A stretch of 63,538 nt of DNA, the filler included, from Conidiobolus incongruus B7586 (Eukaryota), in assembly GCA_000697335.1 (NCBI GenBank). It is 7 parts of 7 records of this genome, joined end to end, with 100 filler letters (N's around TTAATTAATTAA, not from the genome) between each part and the next. Parts side by side here need not be neighbours in the genome. Positions count along the whole stretch, not along the records: positions 1 to 9,899 come from JNEM01006329.1; positions 10,000 to 17,983 come from JNEM01006330.1; 5 more parts are not named here. One strand, written 5' to 3'. The notes beneath the pieces were generated by a model. The model was not told the origin of the DNA, made no database searches, and saw only the letters and a program-made list of their open reading frames with translations. A program made the position numbers and the translations under genes. This document shows positions 1-11,810 of the stretch, one piece after another; position 1 is the first letter of the stretch, and every line of letters begins with the position of its first letter.

Positions 1-2325
1 AAATTTATAATATATTTAAAAAATCAAAAATTAAAAAATTTGCCATTTTTTCTTTTTAAATTAATAATCTATATTCAGTTAGGCTATTGAATCTATATTT
101 AATTCTTATCAATTATATTAATTATTATATTTTTGGAATTATATAATTGATATGTATTAAATATAGATTTATAATATTAAATTTAAATAATTACTTAAAA
201 TAATAATTAGAATGATATTAAAATTGATTGAGAGTTTAAATATTATTTAATATCCATTATTGCCAGTATTTTAAGCGAAAAAATTAATTTGATATTAAAA
301 TATCAATACATAATATGGTAATTTTATAGATGATATAAATATATATTCATCAGATTGAAATAATATTCTTTGACAAAAGACTGAATTAATATAGTAATTC
401 ATTATTAATCAGATAAACATTTATTAAAGCATAAAATTCTTGTTTTAAACTATTTTATTCATTAACAATTTAAATTAATTTTGTTTCCCGAATTGATAAA
501 TAATCTTATCAATATTATATTGCAATGTCAATATTCTAAATTAAATTGACCAATCTAAAGGTTATTGGATCTCCACTTTTGGCGAATTTTTAATATATTG
601 CATTTTTAAAATTAAACTTAGAATCAATACAGACTAATGTTTTAACATACATTTTAATCTATTAGTTATATTTCACTAACTATATATTAAAGGGGTACTG
701 TTTTTGACAAATATTCAATTTCAAAATACAGAAATTTATCATTACCGAATGCAGATTCGAATTTTTCAGTTATTTTGCCAAGTTATAATATAATTATGGG
801 ATTTTATTTCAAATCAGGGTAATATATATTATTATAAACTATTAATGAGTTTCTTAATATTAAACTTATTTAATGATTATTTATTTATGATCCCAAATCT
901 ATTATAATTTGTAAACTAATGGAGGAATAACTTATTTAATTTAATTAATCCTTAAAATGATTAAATTTTTGCAATAAAGATTGATTTAAATATTTAATTC
1001 AAAAAAGATTCCAAATCTGCTCAAAAGATTTATTAAGAGTTATTTTATATATGATGAGAATATGAAATATTTCAATTAAACAAGCTTAGATATTATATCT
1101 CTTGATCATATCTAATATTTTTGAATATTTTTTCAAAATATACATTTTCAATATTGATTTTGAATAATTTAAGTTTATTTTTGATTATTTTAAACATTAA
1201 TTATTATAATTTGAAAGGCTTTAATAATTACTTCTGTCAATCAATGCTAAGAATAAGTTAGTCACATTTTTATATAATTGGATTACTAGCTACAATGTAC
1301 TAGTAAATCATAGCTTTATATTCAATAATGACAAAATGATAATGATTTAAAATTTAGTCATAATTTAACTTTAAGTACAATATTAATTTTAGTTTGGAAA
1401 TTATTTTAGAAAGAAATTGAGCTAATATAGCTTTTAAAATTAGATATTATATACGAAATAAATTGTAAAAATTATATTTTAAAATCTACACAAAGTTGTT
1501 ATTCTTCATTGGAATATTCTTATTATAATTTGACAATTATTTAGAGCTAATTTTGATAATTTAAATAATATGTTTCTAATATTCAATAATATGAAATTGA
1601 CTTGAAATTGAAAAAAATAATACAGCTTTGTGATTTTTATTTTATTCAAAAAATCAAACTTCGCATTTTTTATATTAAAAATATGTGAAAACAGAAGATA
1701 TATATTACAATAAATATTCAAGTCACCATACATTTTTTATTCCTTATAATCATCAAATTGTAAAACACAATCACAAATAATCTAAAAGGAATTTTTAAAT
1801 ATTAAATATTTGAATATTGAAATAATGAATATATAAATATTCTTTTGATAGAAATCAAATGATCTAATGTAGTATGTATAAATTTATTATGAATTTCAAT
1901 GTTTAATCTGTAAAATTTTCAGAATTCAAATTACAGATATTTCAATTTTGATCATAACAACTGCTGAAATGGCATTTTTAGATTGACACAAATACAAATC
2001 TCTTTTGAATAATGTTCAATATATTGTTTTATTGTTTTGTGTTATAACAAAATGTAGACAATGTTCTGTAAAAAATAACCAATATTTATTAAGTTAAATA
2101 TAAATAAATACTATTTAAATTAAATTTTGATATTGTTTATACAAAAAGAATTAATAAAAAAATATTTTTTTTCAAATTTAATTCCAAATTTAAAAATGAA
2201 TTATAGTAATTATAATAAAGAATAAATAATCCCATAATATTAGATAATTGAACTCAATTTATAAATGGATCTCCTTCTAAAAAATTATCCCCATTTACCA
2301 ATTCAACACTTATATAATAAACAAA

Positions 2326-4544
2326 ATGGGACAAAAAGAAGTTCCCAAACGTATTTTAAAAAAGGAAAAAAACCTTAAAAAATTTGAAGAACCTAACTTA
2401 TCCAACTTATTTCAAAACTCCAACTTGATTCATTTAGATGATGTGAGTGATGTAGAGTCCGAAGCGAGTTACGAAGGAGAGGAAGTGACCAAGAGTTGGG
2501 AGAAGAAGGGTGTTAAATCTGATATTAAAGAGAGTAATAAACCCGGGAAATTGCCTATCAAGTTGAAGGATGGTACTCTAGTCAAAGTGCAAGCTGATGA
2601 AGAGAGCGAAAAAGAAGAAGAATCCGAAGAAGAAGAAGCAGAAGAATCTATAGCAGAAACATCCAATGAAAAACCAAAACAATTGGGCAAAGATCGTCTT
2701 CAATTACCATCAGTTACAGATCCCAATTTTTTAATTCAAGTTCAGGAAGAAATAGCAAAATTGAGTTTGAAAATTATATCTAATCCCGAAGAGAAGGTAA
2801 TATTAATATTAATATCAATCATAATTAATAAATTTTTAATCAAATTTAGTATAATTTGTTAAACGATTTGAAAAAATTGTATAAGCATAAACATCCCAAA
2901 GTGAGACATTTAAGTTTTATCGCTAGTTTGGCTATTTTTGTCGATATTTTACCCAGGTAACAATCATTATTATCAACAATCTAAACTATTGCTAAAACTA
3001 CACAGTTATCGCATTCGTCCACTAACTCAGGAGGAGCAATCTGTAAAGGTGAGTAAAGAAGTAAAACGCCAGAGGGATTACGAGCAAACATTGCTATCGC
3101 AGTACCAATCCTATCTCACTAGTCTCCAACGCGAATTCCAATCGGATGACAGTCCTTTAGGCCCAACAATTGTACACTGTTTTGCGAATCTCGTTAGCAA
3201 GATGGGGCATTTTAATTTCTTCGAATATATTTTAGAATTTGTGGGTCGTCGTCTCATGAGCAAGAAACTTGACGACTGTTACCAAAAGTGTTGGGATGGT
3301 ACCAAACAATTATTCGAGGAGGATAAATTGGGAGAAAATAGTTTGTTAATGACTCAAACTTTATTAAGACTTATGAAAAACAAAAATTATAATATTCCCA
3401 AACAGACTATTGAATTATTGGGGTACTTGAATTTGAATTTGTCAATTTCTTCAAAAGTTGATGAGCTTACTCAAACCAAGGAGGACAGCAAACCCATAAA
3501 GAATGGTAAAAAGAATAAAAGAGTATTGGCGGAATTGAGCCAGCACGTGAGCAAAAAGCAGAAAAAGAAGCAAAAGATCGACAAGGAGTTGAGGGATGAA
3601 CTCAGAGAAGCCGAAGCAGAATACACTCGCGAAGAAGTGTCAAAATTCCAATCGGAAACCCTCAAAGCCGTATTTATTATTTACTTCAGAATTTTGAAGA
3701 CTGATCCACCAAGCCCTCTTATCCCCAGTGTCCTCGATGGTCTCATCAATTTTGCTCACCTTATCAATGTGGATCTCTTCCCCGATCTTTTCCCATACTT
3801 GAAATCCCTTCTGTACAAGGAGATCCCCTCAACATCTCATTCACTCCACCCCAAGTTGGATTACTTAAACAACCGATTAAAATGTATTCACTGCTGCTTC
3901 AAATTGTTGAATGACGAAATTGTCGGCCTCAACTTAGATCTCAAACCTTTTTACGACGAATTGTACCGCATCTTAATGACCATGACAACGTTTGGAGGTG
4001 GCGGCTATGATGATTTGAGTACTGAAATTGGTGATCATTTCATTCAATGCTTAAACGTAGCATTTATCGAATGTGTCAAGGTAATTTTAAAAGCATGCTT
4101 TTTGAATTAGTCACTAATTGTGTTAAATAGACATCCAATGTTAGAGCCATGGCATTCCTAAAACGTTTGAGTACCATAAGTTTCCAATTGGAAGAACCTT
4201 TACTCATCAAACTTTTACAATTTTTGAAACAATTTATCATCGTAAATTTTATCCTGAATCATATTAATAATATACTAACACTCCATAGAAATATCCTCAA
4301 ACCCTACCCTTATTCCACAACAATGGCGAAATTTTGGGTGATGGTAAATACTTATCAGAGGCTGAAGATCCCGATCTTAGCAATCCCGTTAGTGCTACTG
4401 TTGCTGAGCTGGTCATTCTTCAGGTATGTTGATTCAAAAGAGTTTTACAATGGTATTAATTTAGTGATTTAGAATCATTTCAGTCCCAAGGTTTCCCAAC
4501 AGGTTAGAGAATTATTTAAAATAGCTAAACGTATCAATCAATAG
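2326..4544 (+). CDS. NOC3: Nucleolar complex protein 3 (Noc3/CBF-Mak21 family), 6 exons (~2326-2796, 2850-2956, 3006-4080, 4131-4241, 4289-4423, 4473-4544)
   Basis: The spliced product contains KLPIK, FVDILPSYRIRPLT (Noc3 DIIPGYRIRPL motif), HFNF, YFRILK, FAHLINVD and a C-terminal DPDLSNP. GT-AG introns of ~50 nt join the listed ORFs in frame. Confidence 0.93.
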
Positions 4545-4787
4545 ACACTATATAGATTTAAATTTGAAATTATTTTTAATTTTTAATAAATCAGAAAATA
4601 TATCAAAAAATAATATCCACTATACTTTCATGTGATTTTAATGTCCCTCAATTGAATTTAATTTTAATATATGATAAATAATTAATAATTAGGAATTAGG
4701 AATTAGTTTTGTTTAATTTAATTTAAAATAATATAATATAGTAAAAAATTATTAACCAATACAACACAACGAATTATTAAAACATCA

Positions 4788-5969
4788 ATAGAGTATCCAA
4801 CTGACTAAACCCTCCTCTCAAGTCCCTATCCCATTATTAACTAACCCATGGCTAATCAATTGGGTAGCTGGGTCTTTGGCAGGTGTTGGTGAAATTGCTG
4901 TAGGTCCACCCTCTAGACACTCTCAAAGTAAATATTTTGCTTAAGTTTTTGTATATTATTAATAAACTTTAGGCTAGAGTTCAAACTCAAGCTCAAAAGT
5001 GCTTGTATACTCAAATGACATTAAATATAATAAAAAAAATTAACAAGTAATCAATAACAAATAAATTGAGAATGCAATTAATTGAAAATAGGTATTAGAT
5101 TTCTATAAAGGGAGTTTACCAGCCATAATGAATAGTAGTCTATGTTCTGCAGTACTATTTACAACTTTTGGTAGTTGTCAAAAATTTTGTACAACAAAAT
5201 TTTCAACTTATTTCAATTTGTAATAAGTTTATATTTTAAAATATTTGAGTTTGTATTAATAATTAGGTTTTAGACCAAAATTTTTTAGCTGGAAGTATAA
5301 CAGGGATAGTAATGGGATCGTTTATTACACCTTTGGATAGGGCTAAACTTTTATTACAAACCAATACCCAAGTATTTTTAAATTCCAATATACCTAAACT
5401 CAGACTAATATTTTTATAGCGACGCGGTGGACGTCTCACAACCCAACTATTGACTCCAGCGAGAACGGATGGTATCAGAGGTGTTTTCAAAGGTTTAGCA
5501 ATTACTCTGGTTAGAGATATGCCGGGTTATGGTGTCTACTTTGGCAACTAATCTATTTTTATAAAATATTGAATTGAAATTAATTAAATTTAGGTGTTTA
5601 TCATTATTTTAGAACTTAATGTATAAAATATTATGGTTCTGAAGATAAATTACCAATCTGGGCACAAATGAATGTAGGGGGAGCAACTGGGATGGTGTCC
5701 TGGTTCTTTAGTTATCCTATGGATGTAGTCAAATCTAGGATTCAATCTACCAATACGTAATACCCAAGAATCCAATATTTCATAATTTACTAACCGCTTG
5801 TATTAGCATAACCACCAAAATCCTACCCGATATCCTGAAAATCTGGCACGAAACATCACCCAAAGGCCAAAACTTTTTCAAAGGAGTGAGTATTACATTG
5901 GTTTGAGCGTTTCCAGTGAATGCTATGAGTTTTACAATATATGAAATTGTGAAAAAATTAATTTCTTAA
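4788..5969 (+). pseudogene. Mitochondrial carrier (SLC25, carnitine/ornithine/YMC-like) pseudogene
   Basis: Three carrier repeats are visible: AGSLAGVGEIAVG-HPLDTLK, FLAGSITG..ITPLDRAK and SYPMDVVKSRIQ, plus GVFKGLAITLVRDMPGYGVYF and FFKGVSITLV*AFPVNA. Lesions: ATAGAGT where ATG AGT is expected (~4788), an extra C before HPLD (~4907), an apparently missing GT donor (~5549) and an in-frame TGA at 5904-5906. Confidence 0.85.
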
Positions 5970-6048
5970 ATAGAAAAAAAAAGTTCATTAAACAATAAAA
6001 TAAATTTAAATTTCAACCTAGGATTGATTATTAAAGAATTTTTGTTTA

Positions 6049-8147
6049 TTAAATTTGTAAATATTCTACATAACTAAAACTTAAAACTATTACACTCATA
6101 CCTAATTTTAATTATTAGTTATAATTTATAAATCAATAATAAACTTACAAATGACCATTAAAGGTTTCTCCCTAAAGAAATTCCAGCTGGGGCTGTGTGA
6201 AACCCAAGGGTCTGGAACGAGTGGCAATGTATGTAAATTGTGTTCAGAATCCATCAAAACTATATAAATTAGTAAGAGTTAATGGAATATTAGAGGGTTG
6301 AAATTACCTAGTTTAGACTTTTTATCACTCTCAAAAATACTAAATCCTACAATTGTCTTCAACTAATAAATTTTATAAGATATTAATACAATATAATATT
6401 TACATGATTAATGTCCCGCAATCTCAATTCTAAACTCAATTCCCACTTGACAGATTCGGTTCTACCTCCTCCAAGTTTGGATCTTTTGAACCCCTGATTC
6501 GTTATAGTATCTTCCAATATACGTCTGTCGTATATCCTCAATCTATCTGATGTCGTAAGGATAAACAAATGGTCACCTGTCATGTCCATGCCAACAAATT
6601 TGGGTTGATCCCCAAGCGATATGAAATCGTCATCATCATAGTGGTCAGGATCATAATAAGGGTCTGCAGAGTCGTAGTGATACGAAAAATCGTTAAACGT
6701 ACGTAACTGTATGAAGTTATCAGTATTTCCAACTCTAAAAAAAATTAATATAATCATTGAAAGAATCGAAAGAGGGAATTACCTGGTTGCAAATCGATCC
6801 AATATATCGTAACGATTAAAATAAACGTTAAATTTGTGATTGGTTAGATTTACTGTTGCTACCGCAATGTCTAAACCTACTAGGTTTACTAGATAGTTGC
6901 CTCCCCTAACTTCTCCTTTATTAATTATATTACTATGAAAATTTTTTGAAATTTACCAAATATTGGTTTAGCTGACATTCTCACACTCGGACCTCGAGAT
7001 CTTGGATGGATCCCTAATGAAGTTTGTCTCCTGGTGAAATGATGATGGCTGTGATATAATAAATCCTAAATGGAATGGTTAATTTCAATAAAATTGAGGT
7101 AAGATAACTTACATAAGATTTAGTATCTTCAGTCCAATCTCCATTAATATCCAATTTTAAATCCACAATGTCGTAATGCATTCCAGTTTCTTGATCCTGA
7201 CGTATTTGTGCTTTTATGAAATTGACACGATTTGTAACACTTTAGGAATAAATTAATTATACAATTTGAGTGAGAAGGGGGACTTACTTGTCTTGATAAT
7301 AATCGTAAAATTGATATGTCTTCCTAGGTATCGAATAGCCTTTGAAATATTGTACCAAATTAGATTGTTGATCCAACAATGGTCCTGACTTCAGAAGAAT
7401 TCTGCCTTTAGAATTAAAAAGTTCGGTAATACTTATATATTCAAACTCTAGATCTGATCCCCATCTAAAATAGTTTAATTTGATAGTTTCTTTATATTAT
7501 GATGTATTACCTTTTCAAAATAACAAAATTTTCAGATAACCAAAAATCTTCAATATGCAAATTTCCTTGAATTTCAACAGTTTTAAACTCGAATTTGGGT
7601 GCTTGTTCAATTGTATCGTGAATTAAGCGCAATATGGTCAATTTCCAAGTGACTCTTTCACTCAATCTATTCACAGAATAAGTCAAAAGTACTGATAATC
7701 CCAAGGGATACTGAGGACAAGGTTTTAGTTGTTGAACATTGAACAATTGACCATCAAGTGTCGTAAATGGAACAAATGATGACCATTTTGGTCGCCTTGA
7801 TGGGGTAAAATAATCGTATTGGAAAATTTGAAACCCAACTAAAAAATTATTCAATATAAAAGATATGATAAGATAGTTTGATTACCTTCAGTATTTTGTC
7901 CATCATTCTCAATTAATTCACCAATATCTATTTTATAGCAATATTGAAATCTACATACAAGTTGATTCCATTCTCCTGTTATTCTATCATGATTAAAATA
8001 AGGATGAAAATTGGAATTTTTTAAAGAATTTAACAATATGGTATCTGTGGAGATTGTGAATAGAGTGTTGGGAATATAAATCAGGGAGATGAAGTATATG
8101 AAGACGAAGCCGCTGACGATTAGGAGAAGTGCATTTTTTTTGCCCAT
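6049..8147 (-). CDS. Multi-exon hypothetical protein with an N-terminal signal anchor and a C-terminal hydrophobic segment
   Basis: ORFs 7851-8147, 7507-7854 and 6383-6757 and short intervening exons are bounded by GT-AG introns. It starts MGKKNALLLIVSGFVFIYFISLIYI and ends ...MVICMSVIVLSFSYVEYLQI*. No family recognised. Confidence 0.7.
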
Positions 8148-8534
8148 TGTTTACTTGGGATTATTATTTTATATTTTAAATTAGAGATTATCAGTCTCAA
8201 AGAAGATGTATTAATTTTATATGAAAATTAGCTAATGATTATGGGATTTTGGAGATTCTGGTGATCTTAAGTAAATTCAAGTTATAAATATATATTGAAT
8301 GAAGTTTAATATATATTTTAGATTGATTAATAAAATTAAAATATTAAAATCAATACTTAATATAATTATAGTCAAATAAACATATATATACATAACAATT
8401 AATGAATGAAATATCAAATGTGTTTGCCTGTTATTAAATAAAACTCAAAGTCATGAATGAAAAATATTTATTCACCTTAATAAAAATAATCAATAATATG
8501 CTCAGTATTGGAAGATGAGGTATATTGAGTCAAA

Positions 8535-9776
8535 TTAAGCTTCTAACGTAGTCGCAGGAGACTGCTGCTGTTGCTGTCCCTGGTCCGGCGGATGGTGCCT
8601 CTTAGTACTCATATGTCGTCCTAGATCATATTTGCGATCAAAGCCCCTGCCACAAACGGGACACACATGAGCGCGAACACGGTTAGGGAAGTGGGTGAGG
8701 TAATGTGTCGAGCAGTTGTAAGCCTTGCTAAAAATCTTGTGGCAACCGGGGAATGGACAGATGTTTTTGGAGCTGATATGTGCCGGGTACTTGGGGTGGT
8801 GGTGGTGGAACGTCTCCATTACAGGCTGAGTGGGCGATGTGAACTCAGTCTTAAAGGATTGCGGGGACAGTGGATGGAAATTGGATGTGGTATTGTACGA
8901 TGCCGAGTACACGCTTGAGGGTTGTGGTGGAGCTTGGATAGTCAAATCCGTCATGGAGCGCGCGAGGTTCATGTCGGTTGGCTGGTACATGGGATTCACC
9001 ATGTAGGTATCGTTGAAACCAGTGTACGCGTCGAAACTCGCTGACAATAGCGAGGGATTCAGCATAACGCCATCACCAAGCAATCCATTGCTACATAAAC
9101 TACTGGCACTACTGCCGTATCCCGCACTGGGAGAATTCAAATTGCCCCAGGACATGGATGCTGCGCTCATAGCTTCCTCCAAGTAACTACCATGATAACT
9201 GTTCGCCTGGGAGCTAGTTTGGGAATTGGTATCACTGTGACTGGCATGAAAACTATCGACTGAGTTGGAAAAGTTGGGAAACCCTCCTCCATTTTGATAC
9301 GAATTGAGGTAAAACTGACTACTTTGACTACCGCAAGCAATTTGTTGATCTAATGACATACCGCCACTGCCGAACTGGTCCTGATTGGGTATAGATTGCT
9401 GCTGGTCAACAGCAGAAAAGGAAGAAAGGTATGCGTTAGTCAAATGAACATCACCAACACTTGCCATACTCTGAGGAACTTGATCCATATTGGACATTTG
9501 AAAGTTACTGAACATACTCTGAATGTTGAGGTTGAGTTGCTGGTTGTTAGCGTTGGGAATAGGGATAGGCCTTACAGTTTCCTCACTCGATTGTAAAGAA
9601 GACAGGGGGGAATTGGAGTTGTTCAAGAGTTCATCCTGGTGGTAAACGGTTTGGTAAGCTACTTCCTCTTTACTATTATCGTTATCAGTGTCCAATCTAT
9701 CCTTGTTAGTAGTTTTTTTGGTTTTGAACTTGGTGGTGTCGAAAAAGTGTTTTAATACGTTTTTGGTTACTACCAT
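8535..9776 (-). CDS. C2H2 zinc-finger transcription factor (two C-terminal fingers, S/Q/N-rich activation region)
   Basis: Fingers CPFPGCHKIFSKAYNCSTHYLTH and CPVCGRGFDRKYDLGRHMSTKRH in a 413-aa ORF. A gap lies ~120 nt upstream, so a further 5' exon cannot be excluded. Confidence 0.9.
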   Translation of the reverse strand: MVVTKNVLKHFFDTTKFKTKKTTNKDRLDTDNDNSKEEVAYQTVYHQDELLNNSNSPLSSLQSSEETVRPIPIPNANNQQLNLNIQSMFSNFQMSNMDQVPQSMASVGDVHLTNAYLSSFSAVDQQQSIPNQDQFGSGGMSLDQQIACGSQSSQFYLNSYQNGGGFPNFSNSVDSFHASHSDTNSQTSSQANSYHGSYLEEAMSAASMSWGNLNSPSAGYGSSASSLCSNGLLGDGVMLNPSLLSASFDAYTGFNDTYMVNPMYQPTDMNLARSMTDLTIQAPPQPSSVYSASYNTTSNFHPLSPQSFKTEFTSPTQPVMETFHHHHPKYPAHISSKNICPFPGCHKIFSKAYNCSTHYLTHFPNRVRAHVCPVCGRGFDRKYDLGRHMSTKRHHPPDQGQQQQQSPATTLEA

Positions 9777-9899
9777 TTTTAATAAAAATTGAAAAAGTGT
9801 AGGATTGAAAGGTTGTTAATGAAGTAATAATGTATATTATTAAGTGGGGATGATAAGGGTGGGTCAATAGCAAGAACCAAGTAACTCACCTAGTGTATA

Positions 9900-9999
9900 N
9901 NNNNNNNNNNNNNNNNNNNNNNNNNNNNNNNNNNNNNNNNNNNTTAATTAATTAANNNNNNNNNNNNNNNNNNNNNNNNNNNNNNNNNNNNNNNNNNNN
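9900..9999. other. Assembly gap with artificial six-frame-stop linker (also at 17984-18083, 35488-35587, 50075-50174, 56931-57030, 62384-62483)
   Basis: An identical N-run/TTAATTAATTAA/N-run block of 100 nt occurs six times. Confidence 0.97.
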
Positions 10000-10725
10000 A
10001 ATTTTAACTTAATTTAATAATTTGATTTATGTTTTAATAAAGGATTATATATAAAAATCTAACATTCATCAATTATAGTTATTTAATATTAAAACTTAAG
10101 TTTCTAGTAATGTTTTAATAAAGTTTATTTAACAATAGCTGTTTTAATTTTTTTAAACTTTAGTTAAATTATAAGGTATTTATTTTATATTTTTATTTAT
10201 TAAGTTTAAGCTTTAATATATATAAAATACTTGCAAAACTAATATTAAAATATTTAAATAATTTTTTGATTAAATTAAAAAAATATTTTTTAATATATTT
10301 TTTCATTCTATTAATTATTAAAAAAATAACAATTGAAGTTAGTTTTTTAAATTTTAACAAGTTTTAATTAATTTCTCTTTTAGCTTTAAAATTGTTTTCC
10401 TAATAAAAAATAGTTGATCTAAATAATACTTGATTATTAAAAACTACTTATAAATTTTAAATAATTTTAAAGGGTTTATATTTAAGTTTTACTAATATTA
10501 AAATAAAAAACCTCTAATAATCACTATTTAGTTTAAACATAATTAAATTAAACAAGTAATTTTAAAGAGTTAATTTTTTAATCAAAATATTTATAATATA
10601 TATATATATATAATTTAAAAATATATAATTTCTTATTTACTTTATATATTTATTCATTTAAAACTAATAATATGTTTGAAAAATTAAATATTAAAAAATT
10701 TCCCATTACTTCAAATTTAAGGTAA
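10000..10725 (-). mobile_element. Degenerate mariner transposon, 5' half with left TIR
   Basis: The reverse complement aligns with 62537-63210. It includes the first catalytic-D region (ATA ATT GAT GAA TGT TAG ATT TTT ATA TAT AAT CCT) and the terminus TA|TTACCTTAAATTTGAAGTAATGGGAAATTTTT. Confidence 0.75.
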
Positions 10726-11603
10726 TATAACACCATTTTCAATTTGATTATTCAGAATTAATCTAACTTAAAATATTTAAACCTTATTATTAATTTATTA
10801 AATAGCACTATTATAAACCTTGTATTGCTTTTAAATAATATGTATTTGGAGATGATTAGTTTTAAATATACACAATAGTATACAAATATTATAATTATAT
10901 AATCATTTCAATCATATTTATTATTAAATTTAAACACGATCTTCATTTTACTTTTTTAAAACTTTTGTTCTCTTATAATTCTTAAACTTTGAAATTCAAA
11001 ATATATTAACTTTATATAAGACTTTTTAAAATTTATAAATACCAATTTTGAAAACTTCAATTTTTAGATATATCTATATGATTAATATAAATTTTCAAAA
11101 AATTTAAATGATATTTTATCTATTGTATAGATATCTCAAATTTTGTTAAAAATTCCCATTTTATATCGATTTGATTAAACAAGATGGTTATCAACAATCT
11201 AGTGAACTATATTTAGTATTAAATAAATCCATTGATTATGATATATTTTTAATTAAGAATATGGTTACAATATTGTATAGTATAATAAAATATATATTAA
11301 TTGACAAACCAAGCCAATTCTCAAAAAATTAATATGAATACTTTAATATATGTAATCATTATTTTCAAATCTAAGGTTTAAACCAACGATCAATTGAATA
11401 GAATACCTATTACAAAATCACCCATCTCATCAACTGATAACAATATAGATAAAGATTTGGAAATAAAATATTAGCGAAAATTTTAATCATCAAACTAATA
11501 TCATAAAATATATCATATCAAGTTAATATGATATTCTTAATATTGAATAAAATATTAATACTCACTAAACAACTTCAATCTAATAAAACCAATTCGTTAA
11601 AAA

Positions 11604-11611
11604 TGACGTCA
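11604..11611. promoter_or_regulatory. CRE/ATF-type palindrome upstream of GDB1
   Basis: A perfect TGACGTCA lies ~200 nt before the GDB1 ATG in CpG-poor DNA, followed by CCAAT. Confidence 0.4.
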
Positions 11612-11810
11612 ACATTCCAATCAGATTTTCAAAGTCACTTTTTCAGTAGATATAAAAACCTTTTCTATAACTATTCATTTTTGATTTGAAAGTAATTATC
11701 AAAAAAATTTTTTACTCTATTCACATTTATTGTTAAAACTATATTAATTAATTATTTTCAAACAAAAATTATTAATTATTATTTAATAAAACACGATTTT
11801 GAAAAAAAAT

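Noticed and set aside
1506..1733. 75-aa ORF, and similar ones at 44605-44805 and 53797-53982
   Set aside because: I/L/F/N/K-rich translations typical of random AT-rich DNA, with no motifs or coding-like composition.
5904..5906. In-frame TGA at a conserved Arg as possible readthrough or recoding
   Set aside because: The same gene has frameshift and splice lesions, so CGA>TGA in a pseudogene is the simpler explanation.
9944..9955. Recurrent TTAATTAATTAA palindrome inside the N runs
   Set aside because: It is identical in all six gaps and is an artificial six-frame-stop scaffolding linker, not biology.
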